Below, piece after piece: positions 11,290 to 24,444 of a stretch of DNA of 64,000 bases (the first letter of the stretch is position 1; every line of letters begins with the position of its first letter). The notes below the pieces were generated by a model. It ran no database searches. It worked only from the letters and a program-made list of their open reading frames with translations, and had not been told where the DNA came from. Origin of the DNA: Chiloscyllium plagiosum (Eukaryota); NCBI RefSeq assembly GCF_004010195.1, contig NC_057718.1, forward strand, positions 102,765,775 to 102,829,774, given 5' to 3'. Made by a program: the position numbers and the translations under genes.

Positions 11290-11710
11290 GGATGTGAACA
11301 TTAGGAGGACAGTGAAAAGTCAACCCCATTGCTGTAGGTCTGGAGTCACATGTGAACAAAGAGCAATACAGCACAGGAACAGGCCCTTCGGCCGTCCCAG
11401 CCTGCACCGATACATTTTGCCCTTCCGTACTAAAACTGTCTTCACTTCCAGGATCAGTATCCCTCCATTCCCTTCCTCTTCATGTATTCGTCCAGGTGCT
11501 TCTTGAATGCTGTGGACCAGACTGGGTAAGGACAGCAGATTTCTATTCCTAAAGGGAATTAAATAATCAAATGGTTTTTTTAAAAAAAATTGGTGGTGGT
11601 CACTATTAGACCAAATTGCTATTCCGCACTTTATTGACTTTTTTGTAACCATTTACTATGACAAGATATGAACCCAGAACACTGCCCTGGCACTCTGGAT
11701 TATCTGTCAA
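11290..11710 (-). mobile_element. SINE family 2 interrupted by a CR1 3' tail (~11355-11510)
   Basis: GTCTGGAGTCACATGTG and GGACCAGACTGGGTAAGG are adjacent in other copies but split here by ACAGCACAGGAACAGGCCCTTCGGCC... Confidence 0.7.
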
Positions 11711-11802
11711 ATGACATTACCACTTTGGCATTAACATATATTGTTCTTTGTACATTTTCTTCAAAGGTAATCTTATCAGATCATAGTGCTGCTCCCTCAC
11801 TA

Positions 11803-11905
11803 GAGACCATAAGACCATAAGACATAGGAGTGGAAGTAAGGCCATTCGGCCCATCGAGTCCACTCCGCCATTCAATCATGGCTGATGCGCATTTCAGCTC
11901 CACTT
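11803..11905 (-). mobile_element. Short CR1 3' tail
   Basis: GACCATAAGACCATAAGACATAGGAG terminal repeats followed by GGCCATTCGGCCCATCGAG. Confidence 0.7.
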
Positions 11906-11984
11906 TGTACAGTGTCCTCAATTATACCTACAAACTCCTGCCATTTTTGCTCTACTGTCTTCCCGGTTAGCCTCTGCTTCCAGT

Positions 11985-12165
11985 CTATTTTAGTCAGAGA
12001 CGCACACACATGCAACGGTGGTGGTTTAATCTGACATTCACCACACCTCAGGTGACGGGAGATGTTGAGAAGGAGAGTCCTTTGTGGTAACCTCAGTCAC
12101 TGTGGGAACGAACCCACACTGATGGTATCACTAACTAGCTGAACAGCCAACTGAGCTAACCAATT
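11985..12165 (-). mobile_element. tRNA-derived SINE family 3
   Basis: Minus strand GGTTAGCTCAGTTGG (A box) and GGGTTCGTTCCC (B box); related pieces near 35760-35900 and 50380-50540. Confidence 0.55.
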
Positions 12166-13154
12166 CTCCTTTAAGTAGCAAATACCTGTGAAACAAATTT
12201 GATTGCCCACCACACGTTGGAGCCTTAAATAAGTTGTTTTTTCCCCGATAGAGGCAGGGGTAACATCCTGCAAGAAGCCAGTGTGAGACAGCTTTGAGAA
12301 ATGAGCCAGCTGATGGGGGCAGTGACAGAGGGCACTCTTGAAGCTCCCTACACTCAGTTACATGCTATTTGCCAAAATGAACCCAGAGCCCAGCACAGTG
12401 ACACATCCAGCACCATGGTCCCATTCATCACAAATTGCAGACGCTTTGTGACAATGTGTTCAATGACCTGAAAAAAAAAATAGGATGCGGGTGAGGGGCT
12501 TAGCTCTTTGCTCAGCACTTTTTCAAATTGAATATTTGAAGCAAAGCCAAGCAAAAAAAAACACAGATAATTTAAAGTTTAAATTGATGGCAGTGTCAAG
12601 GTCACTGCTTTAAGTCTGAGCAAATCTTATTTTTAAACTCTTGAATGATTCAGCAAATGCATCAAGGTTGAAACTAAACGTCATTTGCACCATCTATTCT
12701 TGCGTTTAACAACCTCTCCATGCTTGCTTACACAATGTATGGGATGCAGTGCAATATGGTCCCAATGCCTCCACTGGGCGTTACATTACCATTTGAGCCT
12801 CAAAGAGGTGATTCGATTGCAGTATCCCCTTGTCATCTGTTCAGCTTGTTGGAATGAAGATACACATGTGTGAGTGTCAAAGGCTGAAATCATAGTAGAC
12901 TTGTTGTGTTTGAATTCCTGCCCACTGGAGCAGAGTGGGATGTCTCGATGACACACTAATTTCAGAGTTTCACTGACTCTGCTTGTGCAAGCTTGGTCCG
13001 GCTAGGCTCCAGCTCAAATCCTGAGGTCAGGGTTGGGGGTCGGGGGTGAGGGCAACACGTAACCAGCTGGGTGATCTACCTAATCGTCAGATGTTATAAC
13101 CTTGATTCATTTAATAATTAAGTAAAATAGCAAAAGGTGCAAGGCATGGACAGA

Positions 13155-13940
13155 ATGTTGTGCGTGTTGATGTGTGATTGTCTAAGAATGTGTGGGTATG
13201 TGAATATTTGAATGCATGTGCAAACGTGTGTGAGTGCAGGTGTGAGTGAACGTGTATACATGATTATATGAGTATGCGCGTGTGAGTATGTCTACACATA
13301 TACATGTGTTTGTGTCAGTTCATCCTTTCACAGAGAATTACAGCACGGAAACAGACCCTTTGGTCCAGCTTGTCCATGCCGACCAAGTATCCTAAATTAA
13401 TCTAGTTCCTTTTCCCACCATTTGCCCCAATATCCTTCTAAACACTTCCTCTGGCAGCTTGTTCCATACACACATCACCCTCTGTGTGAAAAAGTTGCCC
13501 CTTTCCCTTCTCACCTTAAACCTATGCCCCTCTAGTTTTGGACTCCCCACCGCAGGGAAAAGACCTTGTCTGTTTACCCTATCCATGCCCCTCATGATTT
13601 TATAAACCTCTGTAAGGTCATCCCTCAGCATCTGATGTTCCAGGCAAAATAGCCCCAGCCTATTCAACCTCTCCCTGTAGCTCAAACCCTTCAAACCTGC
13701 AACATCCTTGTAAATCCTTTCAGAACCCTTTCAGGTTTCACAACATCCTTCCAATAGCAGGGAGACCAGAATTGCATTTGTGTGAGTTTGTGCAAATGTG
13801 TGTGAATATGTGTGTGTATGTACATTTGTGTGAAACAGTTTGTGCATCAGCATGTCTGCCTGTAGTATATGTTTGTGTTAGTGTAGATGTACACACGTGT
13901 GTGTTTGTCTATGAGTGAGTGTGAGTTTGAGTGCATGTGG
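13155..13940. repeat. Degenerate TG-rich simple repeat split by a CR1 insertion
   Basis: TG/TGAG/TATG runs at ~13155-13315 and ~13777-13940. Confidence 0.8.
13330..13777 (-). mobile_element. CR1 3' fragment with internal deletions
   Basis: ORF 13392-13694 GLSYRERLNRLGLFCLEHQMLRDDLTEVYKIMRGMDRVN. Confidence 0.9.
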
Positions 13941-14529
13941 AAATGAAAGTGGGTATTTTACAGGTTGTACTTTTGTTTCATTAAGAACTCTAAAAATGTA
14001 TTAAGATTTACTATACAGATAAGCGATACAACAGTTACGTTCATAAGGCAAGCCAAAGATACTGTATTTTGAAATTGACAGAAAAGGCATACTCTAACGT
14101 TTCCCACTTAAACAAAATGACACAGATAATGCCAAAGACCAAAAAGTAAATAAATGAGCAAAAAGTGAAATCTAGATTTGCTTTGAATACATTCATAAGA
14201 AAAGTTAGAAAGGTGAACAGGAAAAAAAGTGGAGAATTAGAGTACAACATGGTTCCATCAGACCAGAAACAATATCTGTGATATTTGTGACTTCCTGACA
14301 CTGTTCTCTGGTTTTGGAAACTGATAGCCTCGGAACCCTATCTTATTTAATGTAACAAGGTACCATACCATAATAGCAGCTAAATAGCAAAGGGAAAGAA
14401 AGCTGTAGGAATAAGTCATATAAACATTAAATATTTACTCTAGATGCTGTCCATTAAATATTCATTTACTTGTTTATTTTTTATTTATTCAAAGGATGTG
14501 GGCATCAAATTACCCATCTCTAATTTGTT

Positions 14530-14860
14530 TTTTCTTCATTCATTCACAGGGTGAGGCTAGGCCAGCATTTACTGCCCATGCCTAATTGCCCAGAGGGCAG
14601 TTAAGAGTCAACCACATCGCTGTGAGTCTGGAGTCATATACAGGCCAGGCCAGGTAAGAGGTGGCAGTTTCCTTCCCTAAAGGATATTAGTGACACAGAT
14701 GGGTTTTTCCCAACAATCAGCAATGGATTCATGGTCATCATTAAACTCTTATTTCCAGATTTTTAGAAAAAATTGAACTCAAGTACTACCATATGCCAGA
14801 ATATTGTCTGCATCTCTGCATTAACAGCAATAATACCACTAGACCACTGACTCCCACAAG
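14530..14860 (-). mobile_element. SINE family 2
   Basis: GGCCAGCATTTACTGCCCATGCCTAATTGCCCAGAGGGCAGTTAAGAGTCAACCACAT, reverse complement of the family tail. Confidence 0.8.
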
Positions 14861-14996
14861 AATGCCCCCGAGAAAATGATATCAAGCTACTTTGTGCTCT
14901 ACATGAACCCTACAATTAGAAATTGCAGGATTTTGGCCAAGCAACAGTGAAAGAATTGCTTTTTGTGCCATACCTGAACAATTTTACATCTTGTCG

Positions 14997-15530
14997 GGTA
15001 GATGCCAGTGTTGTGACTCTACTGTAACAGCTTGGAGGGGGAAGCGGCAAGTTCTGGAGCACACATTTTCAATGTTGTTGACGGAATATTGTCAGGGCCC
15101 GAAGCCTTTGCGGTATATAGTGTCTCCAACTGTTTCTTGACATCACATGGAGTGAATCAACTTGGCTGAAAACTGATATCTGTGATGCAGGGGATCTACG
15201 GCAGAAGCTGAGATGGATCACCCACTCGGCACCTCTGTCTGAAGATTGCTGTGAATGCTTCAGCCTTATCTTTTACACTGATGTGCTGAGGATGGGGATA
15301 TTTTTGGAGCCTCGTCCTCTAGGTGAGTTATTTAATTATCCACCACCATTCATGAATGGATGTAGCACGATTGCAGAGCTTAGATCTAACCCATTGGTTT
15401 TGGAATCACTTAGCTCTGTCTATCACTTGCTGCTTATGCAGTTGGCAATGCAAGTAGTTCAGTTTGGTAGCTTCACCAGGCTGGCATCTCATTTTTAGAC
15501 ATACCCAATGCTGCTCGTGGCATGGTTTGA
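14997..15530 (-). mobile_element. CR1-group LINE ORF2 internal fragment (just upstream of RT core), with stops
   Basis: Minus translation KDKAEAFTAIF...KASGPDNIPSTTLKMCAPELAAS.SKLLQ*SHNTGIY matches the KAxGPDxIP motif of non-LTR ORF2. Confidence 0.8.
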
Positions 15531-15749
15531 TTTGAAATTTTGGTATTCTCCTGGTGTTCTCATTAAACCTAACTAAAATAAAACATCTAGCTGAATTATC
15601 TCATTGGCTACAAATGTCTTGAGACATCCTGAGTATGTGGTGCTATAGCAATGCAAGTTTTTCTTTATTTCCCTCCTTCACATTCAGTTACCGCCAACAT
15701 ATTCCACATTTTCAACACTGAGTAAGTCCAGGTCAACTACAATAGCAAA

Positions 15750-16150
15750 CGACAACAACAGCTTGCATTTATATGGCACTCTTAACATATATTCATCTCA
15801 AGGAACTTTCTAAGGGGCAGTTATCAAACAGGCATTCAACAGACAGAGGCTGGGTGTTTTGATAATGGTGTGCAAGTGAATGGGGGAGATTGGCATGCAG
15901 TAGTGATGCTTGTTTGAAGAGCTGGTGCAAGCACAGTGGGCTGAATGGCCTCCTTCTGTATCGTAACTGCTCTGTACTTCTGGAAGAATGTGATCCTGAA
16001 CCAGTAAGGGGGCAAGGGGGGTATATTCGGAACAGGTGACCAAATGTGAGGCAAAAAACTAGAGAGTTAAAGGAGTGCCCTTAAGGACAGCAGAGAGGCA
16101 GGGAAATTTATCAAGAGAATTCCTGAGACTTGGACCCAGGATGAGAAAGA
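15750..16150 (-). mobile_element. L2 3' end with nested CR1 tail (+, ~15850-15975)
   Basis: Minus tail GTGCCATATAAATGCAAGCTGTTGTTG. Confidence 0.55.
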
Positions 16151-16404
16151 CATAAAAACGGAGACAGGAAAGAAAGAGAACACATCCAGGCAGGTCTTAC
16201 TTCCTGCTACACTGAGACCACAGAGACAGTGAGAGTAATAATCTTCAACACAACATCTGTTGTGCCAGAGGAATTACAGCCTCTGTGACTCACAGCCTGT
16301 TTTACATCTCTCCCTGAATTTTATATCTGTTGAGTTCAATACTTACCAATCCGAACCTCCAACTGTACTAGAAATTCTTCCCTTTTTCTCCTTTACACTT
16401 TACA

Positions 16405-16740
16405 TGGAGGGAGACAGTGGCCTAGTGGGAATATCTAAGAACTGTTAATCCAGAGACCCAGGTAATGCTCTGGGGATTTGGGTTTGAATCCTGAATTCAA
16501 GAAATATCTGGACTTAAGAGACAAATGATGACTATGAATCCATTATTGGGGAAAAGCTCATCTGGTTCACTAGTGTCCTTGAGAGAAGGAAACTGCCACC
16601 CTTGCCTAGTCTGGCCTACATGTGACTCCAGACCCACAGCAATGTGTTTGACTTGTAACAGTTCTCAGGGTCATTAGGGATGGGCAATAAATACTGGCCT
16701 CATCAGTGATTCCCTCATCCTGTGAATAGATTAGAAAATC
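16405..16740 (+). mobile_element. SINE family 2, near full length
   Basis: GTGGCCTAGTGG A box, GGTTTGAATCC B box, tail TTAGGGATGGGCAATAAATACTGGCC. Confidence 0.8.
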
Positions 16741-17694
16741 TTAGCCCCACCTGCGATCGGAAGGTGTCTCGTGTCGGACTTGAAATGTTAATTCTGCTTT
16801 CTCTCAACAGCTGCTGCCTGACTTGCTGAGTTTCTTCAGTCATTCTGATGTTCACTGGGTTGATGTTATTGTAAAGAAAGGCTCCTCACCACCAGAGTAG
16901 AATTTGTCAAGTTAGGATTTCTTGGTGCATTGCCCAGACCAGTTTCTCCCATTTAGTCTTCTAACCTCGGATCCGTCAGGTACACGTAGGCTCTCCAATT
17001 TATGAACATCTGACTGAGGAACTTATGAATGTTATCTCGTGCAAAGGTGTAATTGTAAAGATCTGACGTGAACATTTCCTGTCCTCGCAAGTGGCTGCTT
17101 TATATTGTCTTGCTTTGTGTTCTGACTTGCATACAAATGAACTTGCAAACAGACTCTGGAACAGAACCTGGTCGCAACATGGGGTCTACCTTTATCATTA
17201 TTAACCTATCAATCAGGAGTAGGCCATTCAGCCCCTTGAACTCACTCCATCATTCAATAACATCATCTCAGAGCTACATTTCCAGCTACTTCTGACAATC
17301 TCGTATTCTTACCAAGAATCTATCTCCTTCTGCGTTAAAATTTCTGTGTAAGGGAGATCATGTCACAGCTATATCAGATGTGCAGAAAATTACAAACTAA
17401 TCACAACACTCTGTGATATCCCAGGATAAACTCCTCCTTAGGGCTGTGACAGACTCACTGCAAGATTTCATCTCCTCTGAATTTGTGAACCTGCAAGATA
17501 TGCAGATATCATGGTTAATGACAAGAAAATGAATTTTAACTCGGATACCAGGTCAGGTGTCTCAATTCTTTCAAAGGCTTCACCATGGTTAAAGAGAAAG
17601 GCTCTTACACCATCCTTCACTTGACATTAAAGAAAAGGGGATCTCAAAATCAGAGTGAGAGAGTGAATGCAAAGTACACTTCTTCACAATGGGA

Positions 17695-17910
17695 ATGGCA
17701 CAGTGGCTCAGTGGTTAGCACTGCTGCCTCTTAGTGCTGAAGACCCAGGTTTGATTCCAGCCTTGGGTGATTGTCTGTGTGCAGTTTGCATGTTCTTCCT
17801 GTGTCTGCGTGGGTTTCCTGGGACCTGGGTGTCACTCTGAAAGCAAGTATGTGGGTGCAACAACAGATGGGAAGGCAAATGGTATATGGCCTTCATTGCA
17901 AGAGCACAGG
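17695..17910 (+). mobile_element. HE1 SINE 5' half joined to a CR1 RT fragment
   Basis: HE1 head up to GGGTTTCCT at ~17819, then GGGACCTGGGTGTC...AGGCAAATGGTATATGGCCTTCATTGCAAGAG (DLGV...KANG-like CR1 region). Confidence 0.65.
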
Positions 17911-18129
17911 AGCAAAGATGTCTGACAAGATGAAACACTTCAATGAACTGTGACCCTTTTGCAGCAGTACATAACTGAGAGTGTCACTACAGGCAGTGCT
18001 GTGCTAGTGATCATCAGTTAAAGTCTTCTTGTTCCATGCCAATTCATCACTTTGTTACCTACACACAAGCAATAGGTTCGCCGTCACTCAGTCGACAAGG
18101 CTGTTCAAATTTCACTCTGACAAAAATGT

Positions 18130-18460
18130 GGACTAACAGTATAGCACAGGAAGAGTGCAGCATTGCTGAAAGGGCTATCTTTTTGTTGAGATGTCAAACC
18201 AAGTCACTGCCCAGAGCCTCAGAAAAAGCAGGTAATTTAAATTATAGCAGAGTAATTACCCCCAGTGTCCTGATTATTATGTACATCAGAATGGTCATCT
18301 GAATGGTCATTATCATTACTGCTGTTTGGGGAGCTTCCTGTGTGCAAATTATGTTTCCCACATTACAGCTGTGAGTACACTTCCAAAATTATTTAATTGG
18401 CTGTCAAATGCTTTTGGCAATTTCCAAGGTGGTGAAAGGGGTCACGAAAATGCAAGTTTT
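18130..18460 (+). mobile_element. Deu-domain SINE
   Basis: ATCATTACTGCTGTTTGGGGAGCTTCCTGTGTGCAAATT...CACATTACAGC..ACACTTC...TTGGCTGT and tail AAATGCAAG. Confidence 0.7.
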
Positions 18461-19434
18461 TTTTATTGGACTCGGCTTCAGAAAAAGGTAGAGACTTTTC
18501 TCTTTCAAGACCAGGTTCTCCTTTCTTCAAAAACCTCTACAAACAATATCTGAAAGGTTAGATTGAAGATAGGTCAGTATATTGTGAATTCAGCATGAAC
18601 CTGAGATACTTTCTGAAATGAATTTTTTTTAACTCCAGTCTGAGGTGCAGGGTAAAATACACACATTTGTCAGGAGAGTAACCAGCCAGTCTCCTGGTGG
18701 GATGTTGTTGTTACAGACAGTCTCTGTTGCTTTTGAAACAATGAAGTATTTAAAACTTGAGGTTTCTGCCTGTTGTTAATCAAACTATTTCATATTCAGG
18801 TAAGCTGATACAAGACAATGCAACTCATTCAAACTTAAGACAGCGTATTCATATAAGCATAGACTAGGACAGCACAAATGGTGGCCATTCGGCCCATTGG
18901 ACTGGCACCACTTCTTTTGCAGAGTAATCCAATTACTCCCGATTAGGTTGTTCCTTCTCCACTTGGCTACAATTCTTCTGCTACTTCTGGTATTTAACCA
19001 ATTCCCTTTGGAAAATCTGATTCCACCATGTGCATTCCACCTACCTCTGGGTGAAAATTGATGAAAACTTATTTGCAGAAGCTAAGGGGGAAGAAATTGT
19101 TGGCAGAATGTCTACATAGGGTGGTATACACGATTTTCCCATCCTGCCGCGATTATCGTCAGACTGTTTCCTCCTGTCTTTTGAATCTCAGTGGTGAGAT
19201 GCTATTTCACATTTAGAAACAGCTCATGTATCATCGTCAAAGAGAAAATGAAAGATTTTGAAAAGGACTGTAAGATTTCAGAAAGTTTGGAATCTTTAAG
19301 CCATTTTAAAATAATGCGTCACTGCATTGGCCTTTAGAATGCTATATTCCTTTATGTTTCTGTGTAATTTAAATTGGGTAAATAAATGTGATTTGTTGTT
19401 TTAACCTGAAAAATCAATTTCACAATGAGAGAAA

Positions 19435-19720
19435 GAAAGACCTAAATTTCATATTGAGCCTTTCACGGCCTTGTTCCAACATGATCGGCAGTTGATATAG
19501 AGCCTTTGAGTGGAGTCATGAAGGACGCAATTTTGTATACAGCAAGCTGCCATAAACATCAACGTAATAAGAGCTAGATAACCTGGTTTATTGATGGTGA
19601 TTGTGGAATGAATATTGGCTCAGACACTGGGGAGAACATCATGGTCTTTCTTCAAACTAGACCCATGGGATTGTTCGTATTCAGCTGACAGGTCAGATAG
19701 AGGTCTCGTTAAACATGTTT
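19435..19720 (-). mobile_element. Deu-domain SINE, degraded
   Basis: CAATTTTGTATACAGCAAGCTGCCATAAACA...GAATATTGGCTCAGACACTGGGGAGAAC, reverse complement of the Deu core. Confidence 0.6.
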
Positions 19721-21061
19721 TCCATTTATGTAGGAGCTCAGGGCTAGTGTGGTCCATGTAACATTGGAGACACAGGAGTTAAGAGGTAGATTCGGCCATT
19801 TGGTCCTTTAGAATCCACTCTGGCTTTTGATAAGACTATGCATAACCTGGTTTTGGCCTTGGTTCCATTTTCCTTTCTGACTCCCATGACCCTTGAAACC
19901 CTTGTCAATCAAAAATCTAATTTGTAATGTGAAAGAATTCAAGTACAGGCAAATAATTGTTTAAAAGTCCCTTTGGAGCATGAGGTCACCAGAGCCTACC
20001 AATGAACACACCTCAAGAAACTAAACTTTATCAGGTTGATTCTAGCTACAATACAGTGAAACACTGACATTTTTGATCAATTAAAAATGAGTTGATAGAA
20101 AAATTGGGAGATTTGCAACACGTGACAGCATGGCAGGATCTCTATCTGAGAATAGATTTTTTAAATAAACAAATTTCAGGCCAACAGACCTTTAAACTCT
20201 TAAGAAGCAGCATCTGTAACAGCTCCAAAGCTGTCTCGCCCTCTCAGTCAACATTATAACGATGCCTGACATTTGGGTGTGTAAGGAGCTCAAGTAAGAA
20301 TTCCTGTGGATGTGAAAACACTTCCTTTAATCCTTAGCAAACAATGGCAAATATTTCCTCCAAAGCTAGGATCTGCATGAAAGAGAACATGAACCCCCAA
20401 CAGAAAGGGAAAATGCAATGTGAGGTGTTAATAAATTACTTTCTTCCTTATACATTATAAGTCAGTTCACATGCAGTCTTACTAGGTGTATGATGATGGA
20501 CTGGGTGTAGACAGTAAACAGAATACCAGTTTGACTAGCCATTACTATTGAATGCAAATCTTTTACCTTATCAGATCTATCTCTGAAAGAAAAAAGCATG
20601 TCTTTCAAACCAGCCCATTTACGTTTGTACCGCAACTGATATTTTTCTACTTAAAGTCAACAAATCCAGCTATCAGATTGAAAGGAACAATTTTATCCTG
20701 AGTCACTTTTTACACAAGTCTTGATTCTATCTTTTAAAAAAAAACAGACAGGCTAGTTGAAATGTTCACGTTACCCAATGTTTACAATTACTGTTGCTTG
20801 TTTCAATAGCTGTAAAATAAAAATAAAAGGATTGGTTGCATCAGGTTACCATCATTAATTTTCTCCAAGACTGACTGCCTTATGTTTATACCAAAGAAAA
20901 TTGTTGCACCCTTAAAATGTTTAAATCTGCTTTTTATTTATCACTTTTGGTGCTTCTCAGTTACTGAATACACAGGAAAGTACTTGATTAATGGAACATG
21001 CTTTCCCAATGGGATAATTAGTCTAGGCACCACATCATTCTATTCATTTATGCTGAATTTA

Positions 21062-21190
21062 TTGATGTGGAGGTGCCAGTGTTGGACTGGGGTGGGCAAG
21101 GTCAGAAGTCACATGACATCAGGTTATAGTCCAACAGGTTTATTTGAAATCACCGACTTTCAAAGCGCTGCTTCTTCGTCAGGTGAAGTT
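21062..21190 (-). mobile_element. PLE family B single arm
   Basis: GATGTGGAGGTGCCAGTGTTGGACTGGGGTGG...AGGTTATAGTCCAACAGGTTTATTTG; a shorter arm lies at ~5585-5650. Confidence 0.75.
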
Positions 21191-21824
21191 GTTCAGCAGA
21201 ACTATTGTAGACTAGAGTGTTTCTAGATTAATGAGGACAAAAGTCCTTCAAGGACATAAGACTATAGCAGCTAGATGAGGCCATTTGGCCCATTAAGCCA
21301 GATCTACAATTCAATACATTCATGGCTCATCTGACTATGAGCTTAACTAAACTGTCCAGTCTGTGTGCCAAAACCCTTGAATCACTTGTCAAGCAATAAT
21401 GAAGAGATAAAGATGGAGTGAGAAATGTTCAGCTTTAAAGGTGGAGAAACTCATCCTTAAAGAGCTGCAAACTGAGAAAGGTGAGAATTTTTCATTTTAC
21501 AGACACCTGAGAGAATCTATTTTAGGCACATCATAGCAATAATGAAGGAATGTTAATATAAGTTGTGAAGGTAGTGGTAGGTTGTACTGGTTATGCTGGT
21601 TTATGGATAGCAGCTGCCATGATATTAGGGATTATGATACAGTGTGCACAATTAGTTGGCAGGTATCTGGGACATTTTTGCTGCCAACATGTATATGCTC
21701 ACCATTCCAATTCAGCTAGATCAGAATGTTAAAACAAATCTTTTAAAATTAGGACAAAACAAAATTAGCTGTTGCATAAGTTAACAATGACCACACTTTG
21801 AGCACTGGAACTATTAGTCTGATA

Positions 21825-22480
21825 AAAGCAGAATACTGCAGATGCTGGAAATCTGAAGTAAAAACAGAGAATCTGGAGAAACTCAGCAGGTCTGACAGCA
21901 TTGGTGGAGAGAGAAACAGACAACGGTTCACGTCCAGTTTTTGAAGTCATACTGAAGAAGGGGTCTGAAGAAGTCATATTGAACTCAAAACATTAACTCT
22001 CTCTCTCTCTCTTACCCCAGATGCCGCCAGACCTGTTGAATTCCTCCAATATTCTCCGTGTTTGTCGTTTCTTTACCTTGTTTCCAGCCTCTACTCCATC
22101 TTCCCTTTTTGTGATTCCTCCCGCTCACCCCTTTTCCATCATAAAACCCACCACCTTTTTACTTTCTATTCTGAGGAAGGGTCAAGCAAGCCAAAACGTT
22201 AATTCTGATTTCTCTCCACAGAGGAGACAGTGAGGTCTGCAGATACTGGAGATCGGGGTTGAGAGTGTGTTGCTGGAAAAGCACAGCAGGTCAGGCAGCA
22301 TCCGAGGAGCAGGAGAATTGATGTTTCGGGCATAAGCCCTTCATCAGGAATGATGAAGGGTTCTGGCCCAAAACACCAATTTTCCTGACATGCTGTGCTT
22401 TTCCAGCAAAACACTCTCCTTTCTCTCCACAGATGCTGCCAATCTGTTGAACTTTTCCAGCAATTTCTGTGTTTACTTTC
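21825..22480. mobile_element. Cluster of PLE family C elements with nested family A element (22223-22419, 14 bp TSD)
   Basis: TTTCTCTCCACAGA at 22209-22222 and 22420-22433 flanks the family A palindrome. Confidence 0.75.
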
Positions 22481-22879
22481 CTTCAGTTCTGAAGAAGACT
22501 CACAGGAAACTGGAGCAGATGTAGACCATTCAGCCTATCAAATCTCCTCCACCACTCAATGAGAGTGTGGTTGATCTGTCTGTGCTCCAAATTCCACATT
22601 CCCAACTACCTCCCACAAGCTTTTATATTCTTCTTGCTGAACAAGAAGCCTATCTACTACTGTCTTAAAACTATTCAATGCCCACTTTCTGAAGCAGAGA
22701 ATTCCAAAGTCACACAAAGTCGCTCAGGGGGAAAAATATTCTCTTCATCACTTTCCTAAGAGGCAGACTCAAAATATTAATGCTTTTTCTCTCTTCACAG
22801 AAGCTGCTGAGAATTTCTAGCACATTCTGTTTTTATACGCAACTCGTGAGTTTTATTTTTAACATTTTTGCTGCTTTTG

Positions 22880-23030
22880 TGCACCTCCTGTGCAACTGTA
22901 ATCTCTATCTAAGCACCCGATGTTCTGTATGTGCCTGTTTGCTATGATCTGCCTGCACTGCTCTCAAAACAATGCTTTTCACTGTACTCAGATACACGTG
23001 ACAACAGTAAATCAACTCAAATCAAATATG
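22880..23030 (+). mobile_element. Rex1/Babar-like LINE 3' UTR
   Basis: TGATCTGCCTGCACTGCTC.CAAAACAATGCTTTTCACTGT..CACGTGACAA matches the 3' end of 44903-45272. Confidence 0.6.
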
Positions 23031-23769
23031 TCGATAACTTTGGTTTAACTGAGAACCCGTGTAGTTTGCCAAAGATTAGGAATGATTTCCCTTTTTAACC
23101 TGAGATGAAACACACCTCAGGGAAGTAAGGGTGCGTGAGTTACACACCTCTCTGGTACTAACATTCAGCATTCGGCACTTTAACTGTTGTGCTATTTGTC
23201 ATGTTCGCTGCTCCTTTGGGATTCAGAGAGTTGATCTGTTTCTATCTCAGTCTCCTTCCATGTGTAGTTATCCATGGAAGAGTAATCACAAAGCCTACCA
23301 CAGCTTTGTTGCTGTAAAGAGTTGACACCACACGTTGTAAACAGTAGCAATTACACCAACTCTCTGGAGACGAACAGGTTGAATTGACTCAGAGTTCATA
23401 CTGGCATGATGTGCAGCCAATGGGGCGGGTACGTTTAACCGGTCTTTCAAACACAATCCCCAGAGAGTGGTGCAAAGAATTTCAGAAAGAAAGAAACATC
23501 CGGGGTCATAAGGGAAAGAAAATATTCTGTAAAATTCCTCTCAAAACCCCTTCCAATACCAAATCCAGACCAGGTGTTATTTATAAAGATAGGACATGCC
23601 TTCTGTATGATGTGATCACCGCCCCAGTCAGAATTAGCCCAATTCCTTCCTAAAGTGAGAGTGGACTATGGTAATGAGCCTAATTCTGGAGTGACATGTA
23701 CACCAGACCAGGTAAGGATGGAAGATCTCCTTCCCTAAAACATACAAACAGGAGTAGTCTATTCAGCCT

Positions 23770-24245
23770 ACTGGGTAGCACTGCAGCCTCATAGTGCCGG
23801 GGACATGGGTTCGATTTTGCCCTCGGGCGACTGTCTGTGTGGAGTTTGCACATTCGTCCTGTGTCTGTGTGGGTTTCCTCCAGATGCTCCAGTTTCCTCC
23901 CACAGTCCAAAGACATGCAGGTTAGGTGGATTGGCCATGGGAAATTGCCCGATAGCATCCAGGGCTGTGTAGGCTAGGTGGGTTAGCTCAGAGTAATGCA
24001 GGGATAGGATAGGATCAAAAAGTGTGGTGCTGAAAAATCATAGACGATCAGGCAGCATCCGAGGAGCTCTTCCTGATGAAGAGCTTATGTTCAAAGTGTT
24101 GACTCTCCTGCTCCTCTGATTTGCAGTCCTCACTTTCCCCTAGGGATAGGGTAGGGGCTTAGGTCTGGATGGGAAGCTCTTCGGAGGGTTGGTGTGAACT
24201 TGATGGGTTGAATGGCCTGCTTCCACACTGTAGGGATTCTATGAT
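23770..24245 (+). mobile_element. HE1 SINE with nested family A element (~24015-24140)
   Basis: HE1 core and tail TTCCACACTGTAGGGATTCTATGATTC; insert flanked by AGGGATAGG(A/G)TAGG. Confidence 0.8.
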
Positions 24246-24310
24246 TCAGTCCCTGAAGCCTTTTCCACCATTCACTGTGATCATGGCTGACCTGTGGCCT
24301 AACTCCATTG

Positions 24311-24444
24311 TTGAGAGTGTGGTGCTGGGAAAGCACAGCAGGTCGGGCAGCATCCAAGGAGCAGGAAAATCTGCCTGACCTGCCGTGCTTTCCCAGCAAC
24401 TAACTCTCAACTCTGATTTCCAGCATCTGCAGACCTCACTGTCA
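24311..24444. mobile_element. PLE family A palindrome, centre deleted, 13 bp TSD
   Basis: CCTAACTCCATTG at 24298-24310 and 24445-24457. Confidence 0.85.

Noticed and set aside
12354..12480. Coding exon after a minus-strand T10-CAG acceptor
   Set aside because: Peptide unrecognisable, no convincing donor or partner exons
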